Shown in pieces: positions 10,063-19,642 of a DNA stretch of 64,000 bases (within the stretch, counting starts at the first letter, position 1; each line of letters starts with the position of its first letter). Source of the stretch: an uncultured Gammaproteobacteria bacterium. GTDB lineage: Bacteria > Patescibacteriota > Microgenomatia > Levybacterales > UBA12049. Location: the NCBI GenBank assembly GCA_964416445.1, contig CAYQEE010000004.1:47868-111867 (forward strand). Reading direction: 5' to 3'. The notes below the pieces were generated by a model, which saw only the letters and a list, made by a program, of their open reading frames with translations, had not been told where the DNA came from and did no database searches. A program made the translations under genes and the position numbers.

Positions 10063-10395
10063 ATGCAGAAACAGGAAGAACTGAAAATTGAAGATTTGGA
10101 AATCGGAAAAGGTAAGATAGCAAAAGAAGGAGATACTGTTATCGTTCATTATGCGGGTACGTTGCTCGATGGTACACCATTTGATAGTTCTTATTCACGA
10201 AAAACTCCTTTTGAGACTAAAATTGGCGTTGGGTATGTCATTAAAGGCTGGGATATAGGAATACCTGGTATGAAAGTGGGAGGAAAACGTAGGCTCACAA
10301 TTCCTCATCATCTAGGTTATGGAAAATATGGCGTAGGCGATATTCCAGGATTTGCCACTCTTATTTTTGAAATTGAGTTATTAAATATAAAATAA
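10063..10395 (+). CDS. FKBP-type peptidyl-prolyl cis-trans isomerase
   Basis: VHYAGTLLDGTPFDSS, VIKGWDIGIPGMKVGGKRRLTIP, ATLIFEIELL. Confidence 0.97.
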   Translation: MQKQEELKIEDLEIGKGKIAKEGDTVIVHYAGTLLDGTPFDSSYSRKTPFETKIGVGYVIKGWDIGIPGMKVGGKRRLTIPHHLGYGKYGVGDIPGFATLIFEIELLNIK

Positions 10396-10399
10396 TGCA

Positions 10400-10427
10400 C
10401 ATAAAGACGGTTCAGACCGTCTCTATG
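10400..10427. terminator. Hairpin between convergent genes (REP-like; probable bidirectional terminator)
   Basis: CATAAAGACGGT-TCAG-ACCGTCTCTATG imperfect palindrome. Confidence 0.5.
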
Positions 10428-10444
10428 CACCTCAAACGACATAC

Positions 10445-10636
10445 CTATACTGTTTCTGTATCAGTAAGATCCGAATCACTGTCAGAAGTATCCATATCTT
10501 CCTCCTGTGTTAATGTGTCCTGTGATTCTGTAGTATCTGTCATTCCAGTTTCTCCACCTTTCTGTCCTGAGTAATCATTAGAAGAACTGGTAGGATTGTT
10601 TGTATTTTGTTGATTTGTTCGTTTATCGTCTAACAT
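10445..10636 (-). CDS. Small acidic disordered protein
   Basis: 63-aa D/T/S-rich ORF with strong AAAGGAGGTGA RBS. Confidence 0.7.
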   Translation of the reverse strand: MLDDKRTNQQNTNNPTSSSNDYSGQKGGETGMTDTTESQDTLTQEEDMDTSDSDSDLTDTETV

Positions 10637-10863
10637 ATTTCACCTCCTTTCATGTGTAATAAGCATATTCGCAAATGAATGTAACATCTTAAACAAACAC
10701 TTGTAAGAGAAACTCAAGAATACAGAGTAATTAAATGGTCTACCTAATAACAATCTATTCGTTCAGATTTTGCTAAATTTCCTCTTTCTCATTTCTTACT
10801 TTATTTTAGTGCGCTCTTGACGAGTATACCTTACGCTATTTTTCCCGAAAGGAGGTGAAATAA

Positions 10864-11148
10864 ATGACAGGTGGAAGTATCATAACAACAGATCATAAGA
10901 AAATTAAGAAATGGACAGAAGAAAGAGGTGGAAAACCAGCTGTTGTTAAAAATACTGCAAAAAGTGGAAAAGGTGCAGGAGTATTAAGAGTAAATTTTCC
11001 TCAATACTCTACAGATTCATCTCTTCAAGAAATTACTTGGGAAGAATTTTTTTCAATATTTGATGAAAAAAAACTTGCTTTTCTTTACCAAGAAAAAACA
11101 GCAGATGGAAAAGAAAGTCGATTCTTTAAGTTTGTTAGTAGAAAATAA
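10864..11148 (+). CDS. Conserved small hypothetical protein (TTDH..I..W.E.RGG.P family)
   Basis: Strong AAAGGAGGTGA RBS; LRVNFP, EITWEEFF..FDEKKLAFLYQ, SRFFKFVSR. Confidence 0.85.
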   Translation: MTGGSIITTDHKKIKKWTEERGGKPAVVKNTAKSGKGAGVLRVNFPQYSTDSSLQEITWEEFFSIFDEKKLAFLYQEKTADGKESRFFKFVSRK

Positions 11149-11240
11149 CTAACTTATTTAACCGGTAATACCTCTTTTTTCTATTTGTTTTAATACTATT
11201 TAGTAGGTAACTAAATTGGTATACTAAATATCTATTTATC

Positions 11241-11855
11241 ATGATGGAAATTACTTCGGTAACTTTTTTTGGGTGTTCTTGTGGAGAACCCGGTGATAAA
11301 AATTTTGAGAGCGCAAAAGAAGTTGCAAAAGCTGTGGCTCTTTCAGGAAGAAAAGTAGTAAATGGTGGTGGACCGGGTATTATGTTAGCAGCAACTTTAG
11401 GAGCTAAGGAAGGAAACGGAAAAACTACTGTAGTCTATTATACTCCGGAGTTAGCTACACGTTTCGAAGGGAAAAAAGCTATTAATTATGCTGATAAACA
11501 TTACGAAGAAGCAAATTATGTCTTACGGACAAAGCGATTATTAGAACTTGGAGATGCCTATATTATCTTTAATGGTGGTACAGGAACTATATCGGAATTT
11601 GCTATGGCTTGGGGTGTCGCTCGTCTATATTTTGGACATCACCGACCGCTTCTTTTATATGGAAACTTTTGGCAAAATATCATGGATAATTTTAAAAAAT
11701 ATATGTTTGTCAGACCTGAAGAATACAAGATATTTACTATTGTAAATTCGCCATCGGAGGTATTATCTACGCTCGATCGGTATGACAAAATTCTCAGTAC
11801 AAATAGACATAATCATAAAAATTGTACTGGTGTCGAATGTTCTCTGTTTCTTTAA
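11241..11855 (+). CDS. LOG family (lysine decarboxylase-like) nucleotide-binding protein
   Basis: VNGGGPGIMLAA, GGTGTISEF motifs. Confidence 0.88.
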   Translation: MMEITSVTFFGCSCGEPGDKNFESAKEVAKAVALSGRKVVNGGGPGIMLAATLGAKEGNGKTTVVYYTPELATRFEGKKAINYADKHYEEANYVLRTKRLLELGDAYIIFNGGTGTISEFAMAWGVARLYFGHHRPLLLYGNFWQNIMDNFKKYMFVRPEEYKIFTIVNSPSEVLSTLDRYDKILSTNRHNHKNCTGVECSLFL

Positions 11856-12334
11856 TTTAGTTTTGTATTTTTTTCTCTTTGCCAATCTGCCAAAACTTCT
11901 TTGACATGAGTTAAAGGGTTTACGTTTTCATAAATTTTAACAATAACTCCTTGCGGATTTATAAGAAAAGATGTTCTATTTGTTCCCATATACTCTTTTC
12001 CCATAAATTTTTTAGGGTGCCAAACATCATATAAATCAACAACCTTTTTCTCTACATCTGCCAATAGCGGAAAAGGTAATTGATATTTTTGAGCAAACCT
12101 TTCATGACTTTTCACCGAGTCTGTACTAATCCCAAAGACTAATAACTCTCCTTTTGTAAAATGGGAAAAGTTCTCTCGAATACTACATGCCTCTTTGGTA
12201 CATCCAACAGTATCGTCTTTCGGATAAAAATAGATAAGTACCCATTTCCCCAAGTAATCGGATAACGAATGTATGTCTCCATTTTGATCCGGAAGACTAA
12301 ATTCAGGTGCTTTATCATGTACATGAAGTTTCAT
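11852..12334 (-). CDS. bcp: Thioredoxin-dependent peroxiredoxin Bcp
   Basis: YFYPKDDTVGCTKEACSIR. Confidence 0.95.
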   Translation of the reverse strand: MKLHVHDKAPEFSLPDQNGDIHSLSDYLGKWVLIYFYPKDDTVGCTKEACSIRENFSHFTKGELLVFGISTDSVKSHERFAQKYQLPFPLLADVEKKVVDLYDVWHPKKFMGKEYMGTNRTSFLINPQGVIVKIYENVNPLTHVKEVLADWQREKNTKLN

Positions 12335-12342
12335 AACTTTCG

Positions 12343-13665
12343 TTACTTTTGAACTCGATTAACATCCCGCCAACCAATATCTGTTCTAAAATGTAAGTTA
12401 TCACCTTCAATAGATATTTTACTCATCGCGTTATATACATTATCGCGCGCTTGAATTACAGTTTCACCTTCTCCGACTATATAAAAGAGTCGGCCACCCT
12501 GTACAAAATATTTTCCATCAGTTTTTTTTACACCCGCGCCATAAACGACAATATTCTGCATAGTTAATACCTTATCAAGACCAAATATTTCTTTTCCTTT
12601 TACTCCCGAATAATCTACAGGATATCCTTTTGCCGTTGCAGCAACTGCTATACGAGCTTTCCCATCTAATTTACATACATAAGTATCTAATTCCCCGCTA
12701 ATTACTTTTTGGATAAGTTGAAAATAATCATCCGTAATTCCAGGAAGTAAAACTTCTGCTTCCGGATCACCCCATCGTGCATTGAATTCAATAACATATA
12801 CTTTTTGATTTACTAATATCCCCCCTAAATATAAAATTCCTTTATATGGTCTTCCTTCTTTTGCCAATCCAATGACTGTCTTTCTAAATATACTCTCTAC
12901 CTGCTGCTGAATGCGTGAAGTAATGACAAGAGGTGGAGTGCTGCATCCCATTCCACCAGTATTTTCGCCATTATCCCCATCGTTAACTCTCTTATGATCT
13001 TGTGCATATCCAATTACAATAAAATTATGGCCATCGCATAATGCAAACGCCGAAAATTCTTCCGCATTTGATCCATCAGTACTTTTTATCCATTTTTCGA
13101 GAAGATATGTTTTTCCAGCTTCGCCAAATTTTTGCAGTTCTTTTATTTTTTTGATTGCATCCTTATTGTCGATTGCTGGTAATGCTCCTTTCCCCTCCGC
13201 TAACCCAGACGCTTTAACAAACCAAGGTTGATCTTTTTGTTCGTTAAGATAAGCAATTCCATCTTGTTGATTTTGAAAAATAACATATTCTGGCTGTGTA
13301 ATACCAACTCGCTGCATAAACTCACGAGAAAATGCCTTATTCCACTCGATCTCTCCTGCCGCTTTTGTAGGACCAAATACTGGTATACCATTTTCTAAAA
13401 GAATATCTACTAATCCTACAGCAACAGCATTATCTTGAGCTACATCCACCAATGTAACGTGTTCTTTTTTACAAATTTCAATAATTTCACGAACGCTTGT
13501 GGTTTTTAAATGCGGATAAATTGAAACTGGAACATGAACATTTTCTTGCATTAAATCATTACCTGGAATAGCAATAATTTTCATAACTTCTGGGTTCAAA
13601 GAATATTTATGAACTAATGCCGCTCCCCGTCCTCCTCCATCGATAACAACAACTATATGCTTCAT
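12343..13665 (-). CDS. purD: Phosphoribosylamine-glycine ligase
   Basis: VKASGLAEGKG, QDHKRVNDGDNGENTGGMG, EFNARWGDPE, FRTDIG. Confidence 0.95.
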   Translation of the reverse strand: MKHIVVVIDGGGRGAALVHKYSLNPEVMKIIAIPGNDLMQENVHVPVSIYPHLKTTSVREIIEICKKEHVTLVDVAQDNAVAVGLVDILLENGIPVFGPTKAAGEIEWNKAFSREFMQRVGITQPEYVIFQNQQDGIAYLNEQKDQPWFVKASGLAEGKGALPAIDNKDAIKKIKELQKFGEAGKTYLLEKWIKSTDGSNAEEFSAFALCDGHNFIVIGYAQDHKRVNDGDNGENTGGMGCSTPPLVITSRIQQQVESIFRKTVIGLAKEGRPYKGILYLGGILVNQKVYVIEFNARWGDPEAEVLLPGITDDYFQLIQKVISGELDTYVCKLDGKARIAVAATAKGYPVDYSGVKGKEIFGLDKVLTMQNIVVYGAGVKKTDGKYFVQGGRLFYIVGEGETVIQARDNVYNAMSKISIEGDNLHFRTDIGWRDVNRVQK

Positions 13666-13669
13666 AATT

Positions 13670-15088
13670 CTAGACAGTAAAATCAATTTCTTTTTTATGT
13701 TCCCCTATATCAATAGGATATTTACCAGTAAAACAAGACGTACAAAACATGTCCTCTGATAAGCCAGTCGCTCGAATTAATCCTTCATAGGAAAGATATC
13801 CTACTGAATCAGCTCCAACAAACTGAGTAATTTCCTTAAGAGACATCGTGGATGCAATGAGTTCTTGTTGTGTCGGAGTAGCAATACCATAAAAATCGGG
13901 GTATTTTACCGGTGGAGATGCACTTAAAAGATGTACTTCTTTTGCACCTGCTCGACGCACCATATGAACCAATTTTTTAGAAGTAGTTCCCCGAACTATA
14001 GAATCATCAATAAGAATAACTCTTTTTCCTTTTAAAATTTCTCTCATAGGAATAAGCTTCATAGAAACATCTTTTTGGCGTAGAACATGAGAAGGATTTA
14101 TAAATGTTCTATGAATATAACTGTTTTTGAGTAAACCATGATCAAATCGCATACCAGTTTCTTCTGCGTATCCCAAAGATGCAGGAATCGCTGAATTCGG
14201 TACTGGTACGACAACATCCGCTTCAATTTTATTTTCATGAGCGAGTTGCCTACCCATTTCTCTGCGAACTTCATTAATACTTTTTCCAAAAATAAAGCTA
14301 TCAGGACGTGAAAAATAAACTAATTCAAAAATATCCAATTTTTGATTCCCCGAAGCTAATTGAAATGAATGTAATCCTTTTTCGTCAATAACTATCATTT
14401 CACCCGGTTTTACATCACGAAGATACTCAGCGTTGATGCTATCAAGTCCACAGGTTTCCGAGGAAATTGCATAACCATTCTCCCCAATTGTTCCTATGCT
14501 AAATGGTCGTATCCCAAATCTATCTCGAACCCCTATTAATTTATCTTTCGTAAGAATTACTAACGAAAAAGCACCAGTAAAAAGTGGGAAACTTCTTTTA
14601 ACTGCTTCTTCGATGGTTTCTCCTCGATCCATATAATATTCTAAAACTTCATGCATTAGTTCACTATCATTAAGGTGATCAATTTTCTTCCCTGTTTTTT
14701 TAAGAAACGACTTTAGGGAATCGACGACTGGTAAATTGCCATTATGTGCTAAAGCAAGTAAGTTTTTATCAGAAGTAACCGGCTGAAAATGACCAAAAAT
14801 TCCACCAAATGTAGAATAACGATTATGACCAATCGCAAAATGACCAGGTAATTTTTCTAAAGATTCATCAGAATGAACTGAACCTACTAACCCTGGACCT
14901 TTATGCGTTCTAATTTGGGATCCATCAGATGTGCTAATTCCTGTCGCCTCCTGTCCCCTATGTTGAAGTGCCCATAATCCGGAACAAACCATTCGTGCTG
15001 CGTGGTGATTTTTTATATATACCCCAAATACTGCACACTTCTCATGAAGCTCGTTGCGATAAGAAATTAACTTTTGCCTTTTTACCAT
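13670..15088 (-). CDS. purF: Amidophosphoribosyltransferase
   Basis: EKCAVFG, LQHRGQE, GHNRYST, AHNGN, LIDDSIVRGTT, FCTSCFTGKYP. Confidence 0.97.
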   Translation of the reverse strand: MVKRQKLISYRNELHEKCAVFGVYIKNHHAARMVCSGLWALQHRGQEATGISTSDGSQIRTHKGPGLVGSVHSDESLEKLPGHFAIGHNRYSTFGGIFGHFQPVTSDKNLLALAHNGNLPVVDSLKSFLKKTGKKIDHLNDSELMHEVLEYYMDRGETIEEAVKRSFPLFTGAFSLVILTKDKLIGVRDRFGIRPFSIGTIGENGYAISSETCGLDSINAEYLRDVKPGEMIVIDEKGLHSFQLASGNQKLDIFELVYFSRPDSFIFGKSINEVRREMGRQLAHENKIEADVVVPVPNSAIPASLGYAEETGMRFDHGLLKNSYIHRTFINPSHVLRQKDVSMKLIPMREILKGKRVILIDDSIVRGTTSKKLVHMVRRAGAKEVHLLSASPPVKYPDFYGIATPTQQELIASTMSLKEITQFVGADSVGYLSYEGLIRATGLSEDMFCTSCFTGKYPIDIGEHKKEIDFTV

Positions 15089-15208
15089 CAAGAAAAACCT
15101 GCTTTCAGCAGTGGTTTATATTTAGCATACTATAACTATAGAAAAAGAGCAAGGCTATTTCATCCTTTGTTGAAATTGCGTTATCTTGATATAATGCCTT
15201 TACATAGA

Positions 15209-16144
15209 ATGAATAGTCCTAAGATACTTGTTATCCTTACTATCATTTTTTGGAGTTTTGGTATCTTTCTCACCAGAGTGATATCTATGAAAACTCCACT
15301 ACTTAATCTTAATATCCAATTTTTCTTTCTGTTTCTCTTTTTTCTTATTTACAACATTGCATATTATCGTCATGCATTCATTCGAAAAATTTTCCATATC
15401 AAAATTGCTTATTTCTTCTTTGGATTATTTGGCTATTTTATTTATTTCATTGGGCTATTTCAAAGTTTTCGGCTTTTTAATGTGGCGTCTAATACAGCTA
15501 TATTGAACTATACCTTTCCTATTTTTACCGTTATTTTCCGAGACATTTTATTTAAATCTTCAAAACGAAAAACAAAAAAAGTGAGAATCCTTGAATATGG
15601 TGGATTGTTTCTTGGGTTTTTATCTATCATAATTGTTGCGACAAAAGGACAAGTTTTTACTTTACAATTTAGCAATATTGCTGCATTATTATGGGGGCTT
15701 CTTTCTGGAATTTCTTATGGAATTTTTAGCGCGTACAGTAGTAGTATAAAAACCGAAGATCAACCAGTTTTCTTTCTTTCTGCTACCTGTATAAGCTGGC
15801 TTATATCTCTCTTTATTGCCTTACCTGAATTTTCTTCTTTAAAACATCTTTCACTTTCAGATTATTTCTATCAAGCGGTACTTGCATTTATCGTTAACGG
15901 TTTGGGTTTTATAACATGGGCTCGGGCTAACAGATTAGCAAATATTTATCATATACCTATTTCGTCAATTGCATCTCTTTTATATATTCTTCCTTTTTTA
16001 TCTCTAACCATCATTGCATACTTTTTAAAAGAGACATCGCTCCACCATACTTATTTCGTATTAAGTCTTCTCTTATTAATTTTAGGCACCTACATATGTC
16101 AGAAATCAGAATCAATTTCTAATTTTCTTCATAATTCTTCTTGA
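15209..16144 (+). CDS. EamA/DMT family transporter (paralog 1)
   Basis: About 10 TM; ILNYTFPIFT, GISYGIFSAYS; start chosen by alignment with paralog 2. Confidence 0.88.
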   Translation: MNSPKILVILTIIFWSFGIFLTRVISMKTPLLNLNIQFFFLFLFFLIYNIAYYRHAFIRKIFHIKIAYFFFGLFGYFIYFIGLFQSFRLFNVASNTAILNYTFPIFTVIFRDILFKSSKRKTKKVRILEYGGLFLGFLSIIIVATKGQVFTLQFSNIAALLWGLLSGISYGIFSAYSSSIKTEDQPVFFLSATCISWLISLFIALPEFSSLKHLSLSDYFYQAVLAFIVNGLGFITWARANRLANIYHIPISSIASLLYILPFLSLTIIAYFLKETSLHHTYFVLSLLLLILGTYICQKSESISNFLHNSS

Positions 16145-16169
16145 CAGACTGATGTTTTTCTTTTAGACT
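16141..16169 (+). promoter_or_regulatory. Sigma70-type promoter upstream of SAM riboswitch 1
   Basis: TTGACA-17 nt-TAGACT. Confidence 0.75.
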
Positions 16170-16183
16170 AAGCAAAGATATTG

Positions 16184-16331
16184 AATCAAGAGTGATGGGG
16201 AGAGTTTTGGCTCGATGATCCATCCAGCAACCGGTTCGTAAAGCGGAAACGGTGCTCCACCCAAACCCGTAAGGGAAGGATTAGTTCGCAGTATTGCGGA
16301 AATGATAACCTCTCTTCGGAGAGGTTTTTTT
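16184..16331 (+). ncRNA. SAM-I (S-box) riboswitch 1 with terminator
   Basis: AUCAAGAG...CCAGCAACC...GGUGCU...GAU core; P1 AAUC/GAUU; UUUGG/CCAAA pseudoknot; P4 CCC-GUAA-GGG; terminator AACCUCUC-UUCG-GAGAGGUU plus U-tract. Confidence 0.92.
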
Positions 16332-16343
16332 GTGGAGAATTTT

Positions 16344-17375
16344 ATGAAGCAACAAAAAGAAGGTATTCTAGAAAGATTAAAAAGGAATATTGTCCTCGGA
16401 GCTGAAGGATATATTTTTGAACTGGAACGTCGAGGATATATTAAAGCAGGAGCATTCGTTCCTGAAGTGATTGTCGATTTTCCAAATGCTGTAAAAGAAT
16501 TACATAGAGAATTTCTGCATGCTGGAAGTGAAGTTATTGTCGCTCTCACCTATTATGCTCATCGGGAAAAACTTAAAGTGATTGGGAGAGAAAATGAATT
16601 AGAGTCTATGAATCGAAAAGCTGTTCAAATGGCAAATGAGATAGCAAGAGAAGGTAATGCACTTGTCGCTGGAAATATTTGTAATACATGGGTCTATGAT
16701 CCTCAGAATCCTAAAAAGACTGGCGAATTAGTACGAAATATGTATGAAGAACAAATCCAATGGGCCATAAGCGAAGGAATCGATTTTATTATTGCCGAAA
16801 CACTTGAATATGTCGAAGAAGCAGTTATTGCCCTTGAAGTCATTAAAAAATATAAACTTCCTGCAATGGTAACATTCGCAGCTACCTATGATAAAAGCAA
16901 GGATGGGTATTCATGGATTGAAGGTTGCAAGATCCTTGAAGATAACGGTGCAGATATTGTTGGATTTAACTGTATACGAGGACCAAAAACAATGCTCCCC
17001 TTGTTAGAAAAACTACGAAAGAAAGTTTCTTGTTATATTGCAGCTCAACCAGTTCCCTATCGAACAACAAAACGATTACCGGCATTTCAGTTTCTTAAAT
17101 ATGAAAAAGGAAATGCATTTCCTTTATTTTTGGAGCCTTTTTTGGCAACTCGATATGAGATGGCACAAGCAACAAAAATTTTTCAAGAAATAGGAATTAA
17201 TTATATTGGAATCTGCTGTGGCGCAGGGCCACATCATGTACGGGCGATGGCTGAGGCTCTCGGAAGGATAGTACCTGCAAGCCGCTACTCTCCGGATATG
17301 TCACAACATGGTTTATTAGGTGATGATGCAGTAGTGAGTAATCACGAAAAAGGATTTCTCAAAAAATGGAAATAG
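16344..17375 (+). CDS. Homocysteine S-methyltransferase, BHMT-like
   Basis: EGYIFELERRGYIKAGAFVPE, ELHREFLHAGS, Zn ligands GFNC and GICCG. Confidence 0.92.
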   Translation: MKQQKEGILERLKRNIVLGAEGYIFELERRGYIKAGAFVPEVIVDFPNAVKELHREFLHAGSEVIVALTYYAHREKLKVIGRENELESMNRKAVQMANEIAREGNALVAGNICNTWVYDPQNPKKTGELVRNMYEEQIQWAISEGIDFIIAETLEYVEEAVIALEVIKKYKLPAMVTFAATYDKSKDGYSWIEGCKILEDNGADIVGFNCIRGPKTMLPLLEKLRKKVSCYIAAQPVPYRTTKRLPAFQFLKYEKGNAFPLFLEPFLATRYEMAQATKIFQEIGINYIGICCGAGPHHVRAMAEALGRIVPASRYSPDMSQHGLLGDDAVVSNHEKGFLKKWK

Positions 17376-17394
17376 TGAAATATTTATTACCACA

Positions 17395-18549
17395 ATGAGA
17401 TTTACAACAAACGCCATACATATCGGTAATGAACCAAATACGCTTGAAGGAGGAAGTGGTGATGTTGTGGTCCCTATTCATTTAGCAACTACATTCGCAA
17501 GAGAAAAAGTATTAATTCCAACGGCTGGATATGATTATTCTCGTTCAGGAAATCCTACAAGAGCTGCTTTAGAAAAAAATCTTGCTTGTCTCGAACATGG
17601 GTCCTATGCATTTGCATATACTTCAGGCCTTGCTGCAATAACCAATGTCTTGTTTCTACTTAAACCGGGAGATCATATACTAGCAATTGATAATCTTTAT
17701 GGTGGAACATATCGGCTCTTTACTCAAATATTCCAAGCATGGGGAATTTCTCTCAGTCTAGTTTCATTTTCTCAAATGTCTGATCTTGCGAAACACATAC
17801 AAAGAAATACAAAATTAATTTATCTTGAATCTCCAACAAACCCTTTGCTTAAGATAATTGATCTTCAATCTACTGCTGATTTTGCAAAAAAATATAATAT
17901 ACTTACTGCTATTGATAATACCTTTGCTTCTCCTTATTGGCAAAATCCACTTGATTTCGGTATAGATATTGTCATTCACTCTGCAACAAAATACTTGGGT
18001 GGACATAGTGATGTAACAGCAGGATGTGTCATAGTAAACGACGATACCCTCGCTCATCGGCTAGGTTTTTTACAAAATGCTATTGGAGCAATTCTATCCC
18101 CTTTTGATAGTTACAACTTATTAAAAGGAATTAAAACATTACCGATTCGAATGAAAGAGCATGAAATGAATACTCAAAAAGTTGTAAACTTTCTACAATC
18201 CCACAAAAAAATCAAAACTATTTATTATCCCGGCCTCGTCGAACATCCAGGACATCATATTGCAAAAAAACAGATGAGAGGATTTGGTGGAATTCTTTCG
18301 TTCGAATTGCTGGGGGATATTACAAATACTATTCAATTCTTGGAAAAACTTACCTTAATCCATTTAGCAATTAGCGTTGGGGCTGTCGAATCTCTTATTG
18401 AACACCCAGCAACAATGACCCATGCTGCTGTTCCAAAAGAAGAGCGAGAAAGATGTGGACTGTCCGATACACTTATTCGATTATCAGTTGGTCTGGAAGA
18501 TAGTGATGATTTACTTAATGACCTATCCCAAGCACTTGATTCTATTTAA
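17395..18549 (+). CDS. Cystathionine gamma-synthase/lyase family PLP enzyme
   Basis: YDYSRSGNPTR, LESPTNP, DNTFASP, HSATKYLGGHSD, HPATMTH, IRLSVGLED. Confidence 0.95.
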   Translation: MRFTTNAIHIGNEPNTLEGGSGDVVVPIHLATTFAREKVLIPTAGYDYSRSGNPTRAALEKNLACLEHGSYAFAYTSGLAAITNVLFLLKPGDHILAIDNLYGGTYRLFTQIFQAWGISLSLVSFSQMSDLAKHIQRNTKLIYLESPTNPLLKIIDLQSTADFAKKYNILTAIDNTFASPYWQNPLDFGIDIVIHSATKYLGGHSDVTAGCVIVNDDTLAHRLGFLQNAIGAILSPFDSYNLLKGIKTLPIRMKEHEMNTQKVVNFLQSHKKIKTIYYPGLVEHPGHHIAKKQMRGFGGILSFELLGDITNTIQFLEKLTLIHLAISVGAVESLIEHPATMTHAAVPKEERERCGLSDTLIRLSVGLEDSDDLLNDLSQALDSI

Positions 18550-18551
18550 CT

Positions 18552-19508
18552 ATGCGTAACCCAAAATTTTATGTTTTCTTAACTATTATTTTATGGAGTT
18601 TCGGCTCTCTTCTCACACGTCTTATTTCGATAGATTCTCAGTTCATTTCTTTAACATTACTATTTTTTTTCACATTTCTTTTTTTTACTATTTTTTACTA
18701 TTTCCAGAATAAAAAGGATTTTTTCATAAAACTAAAACAACTAAAAATTTCTTATTTATTTTTCGGACTATTTGGTTATTTTTTTTATTATCTTGGACTA
18801 GTACAAAGTTTCCATTTATTTAAAAGTGCTTCAGAAACTACAATATTAAATTATACCTTTCCTATTTTTACTATTATTTTTACCGATCTCTTCTTTCGAG
18901 TATATACTCCGAAATCAAAATCTATCAAAATAATAGAATATTTTGGTATTTTTATAGGATTTTTAGCGGTCATTATACTTGCAACCAACGGGAACATTGC
19001 TACGCTCCATTTGACAAATACTCCAGCTCTTTTATGGGGATTAGTCGCTGGTATTTCATATGGACTATATAGCGCGTACAGCAGCAGTGTACCTTCAGAG
19101 AATCAGAGTATATTTTTGCTCAATTCGATTTTTTCAAGTCTCATATTTTCAGTTTTCATAGCAATTCCTCAAATAAACATTCTCCATAAGGTAACTAGTA
19201 AAGATTATTTCATTACAGCATTGCTTGCTTTAGTTGTGAATGGACTTGGCTATATTACCTGGACTAAAGCGAACAGATTCGCTAAAGAAAAAAATATTTC
19301 TATTTCAGAGATAGCATCTTTCTTATTTATATTACCGATACTTAACTTGCTTATTATTACCATCGTGTTAAAAGAAAATTTTTTATTTCAACCATTTTTT
19401 CTTATAACGCTCATTTGTATTCTTCTCAGCTCATTGCTTTGTCAGAAGCCTGAATTTTTTGTCAAATTAGTAAACCGCAACGATATAACAAGTGTTAATC
19501 AAGAGTGA
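18552..19508 (+). CDS. EamA/DMT family transporter (paralog 2)
   Basis: Clear paralog of 15209-16144 (FGLFGYF, ILNYTFPIFT, ALLWGL, NGLG.ITW..ANR); stop codon lies inside riboswitch 2. Confidence 0.88.
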   Translation: MRNPKFYVFLTIILWSFGSLLTRLISIDSQFISLTLLFFFTFLFFTIFYYFQNKKDFFIKLKQLKISYLFFGLFGYFFYYLGLVQSFHLFKSASETTILNYTFPIFTIIFTDLFFRVYTPKSKSIKIIEYFGIFIGFLAVIILATNGNIATLHLTNTPALLWGLVAGISYGLYSAYSSSVPSENQSIFLLNSIFSSLIFSVFIAIPQINILHKVTSKDYFITALLALVVNGLGYITWTKANRFAKEKNISISEIASFLFILPILNLLIITIVLKENFLFQPFFLITLICILLSSLLCQKPEFFVKLVNRNDITSVNQE

Positions 19509-19642
19509 TGGGAAGAGTTTTGGCTCGGTGATCCATCCAGCAACCGATTCGTAAAGCGGAAACGGTGCTCCACCCAAACCCGTAAGGGAGGATTAATTAG
19601 CTTTATGCAAAATTATAACTTCTCTTTTGAGAAGTTTTTTTT
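19495..19642 (+). ncRNA. SAM-I (S-box) riboswitch 2 with terminator
   Basis: Near-identical copy of the aptamer at 16184; P1 UUAAUC/GAUUAA; terminator AACUUCUC-UUUU-GAGAAGUU plus U-tract abutting ATG. Confidence 0.92.

Noticed and set aside
10400-10427. REP-like palindrome as a mobile element
   Set aside because: Single degenerate copy and no associated transposase seen.
15092-15118. Hairpin plus U-run just upstream of purF as a purine/PRPP riboswitch
   Set aside because: The leader is too short (about 30 nt after a likely -10 box) and has no aptamer consensus.
16302-16343. Longer N-terminus of the methyltransferase given by the ORF track
   Set aside because: It overlaps the riboswitch terminator; ATG 16344 has a GGAG RBS.
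16163-16549. Antisense ORFs from the track (e.g. 16163-16549, 20005-20361, 36420-36773, 6319-6675, 58739-59056)
   Set aside because: Shadow frames opposite well-supported genes or RNAs.
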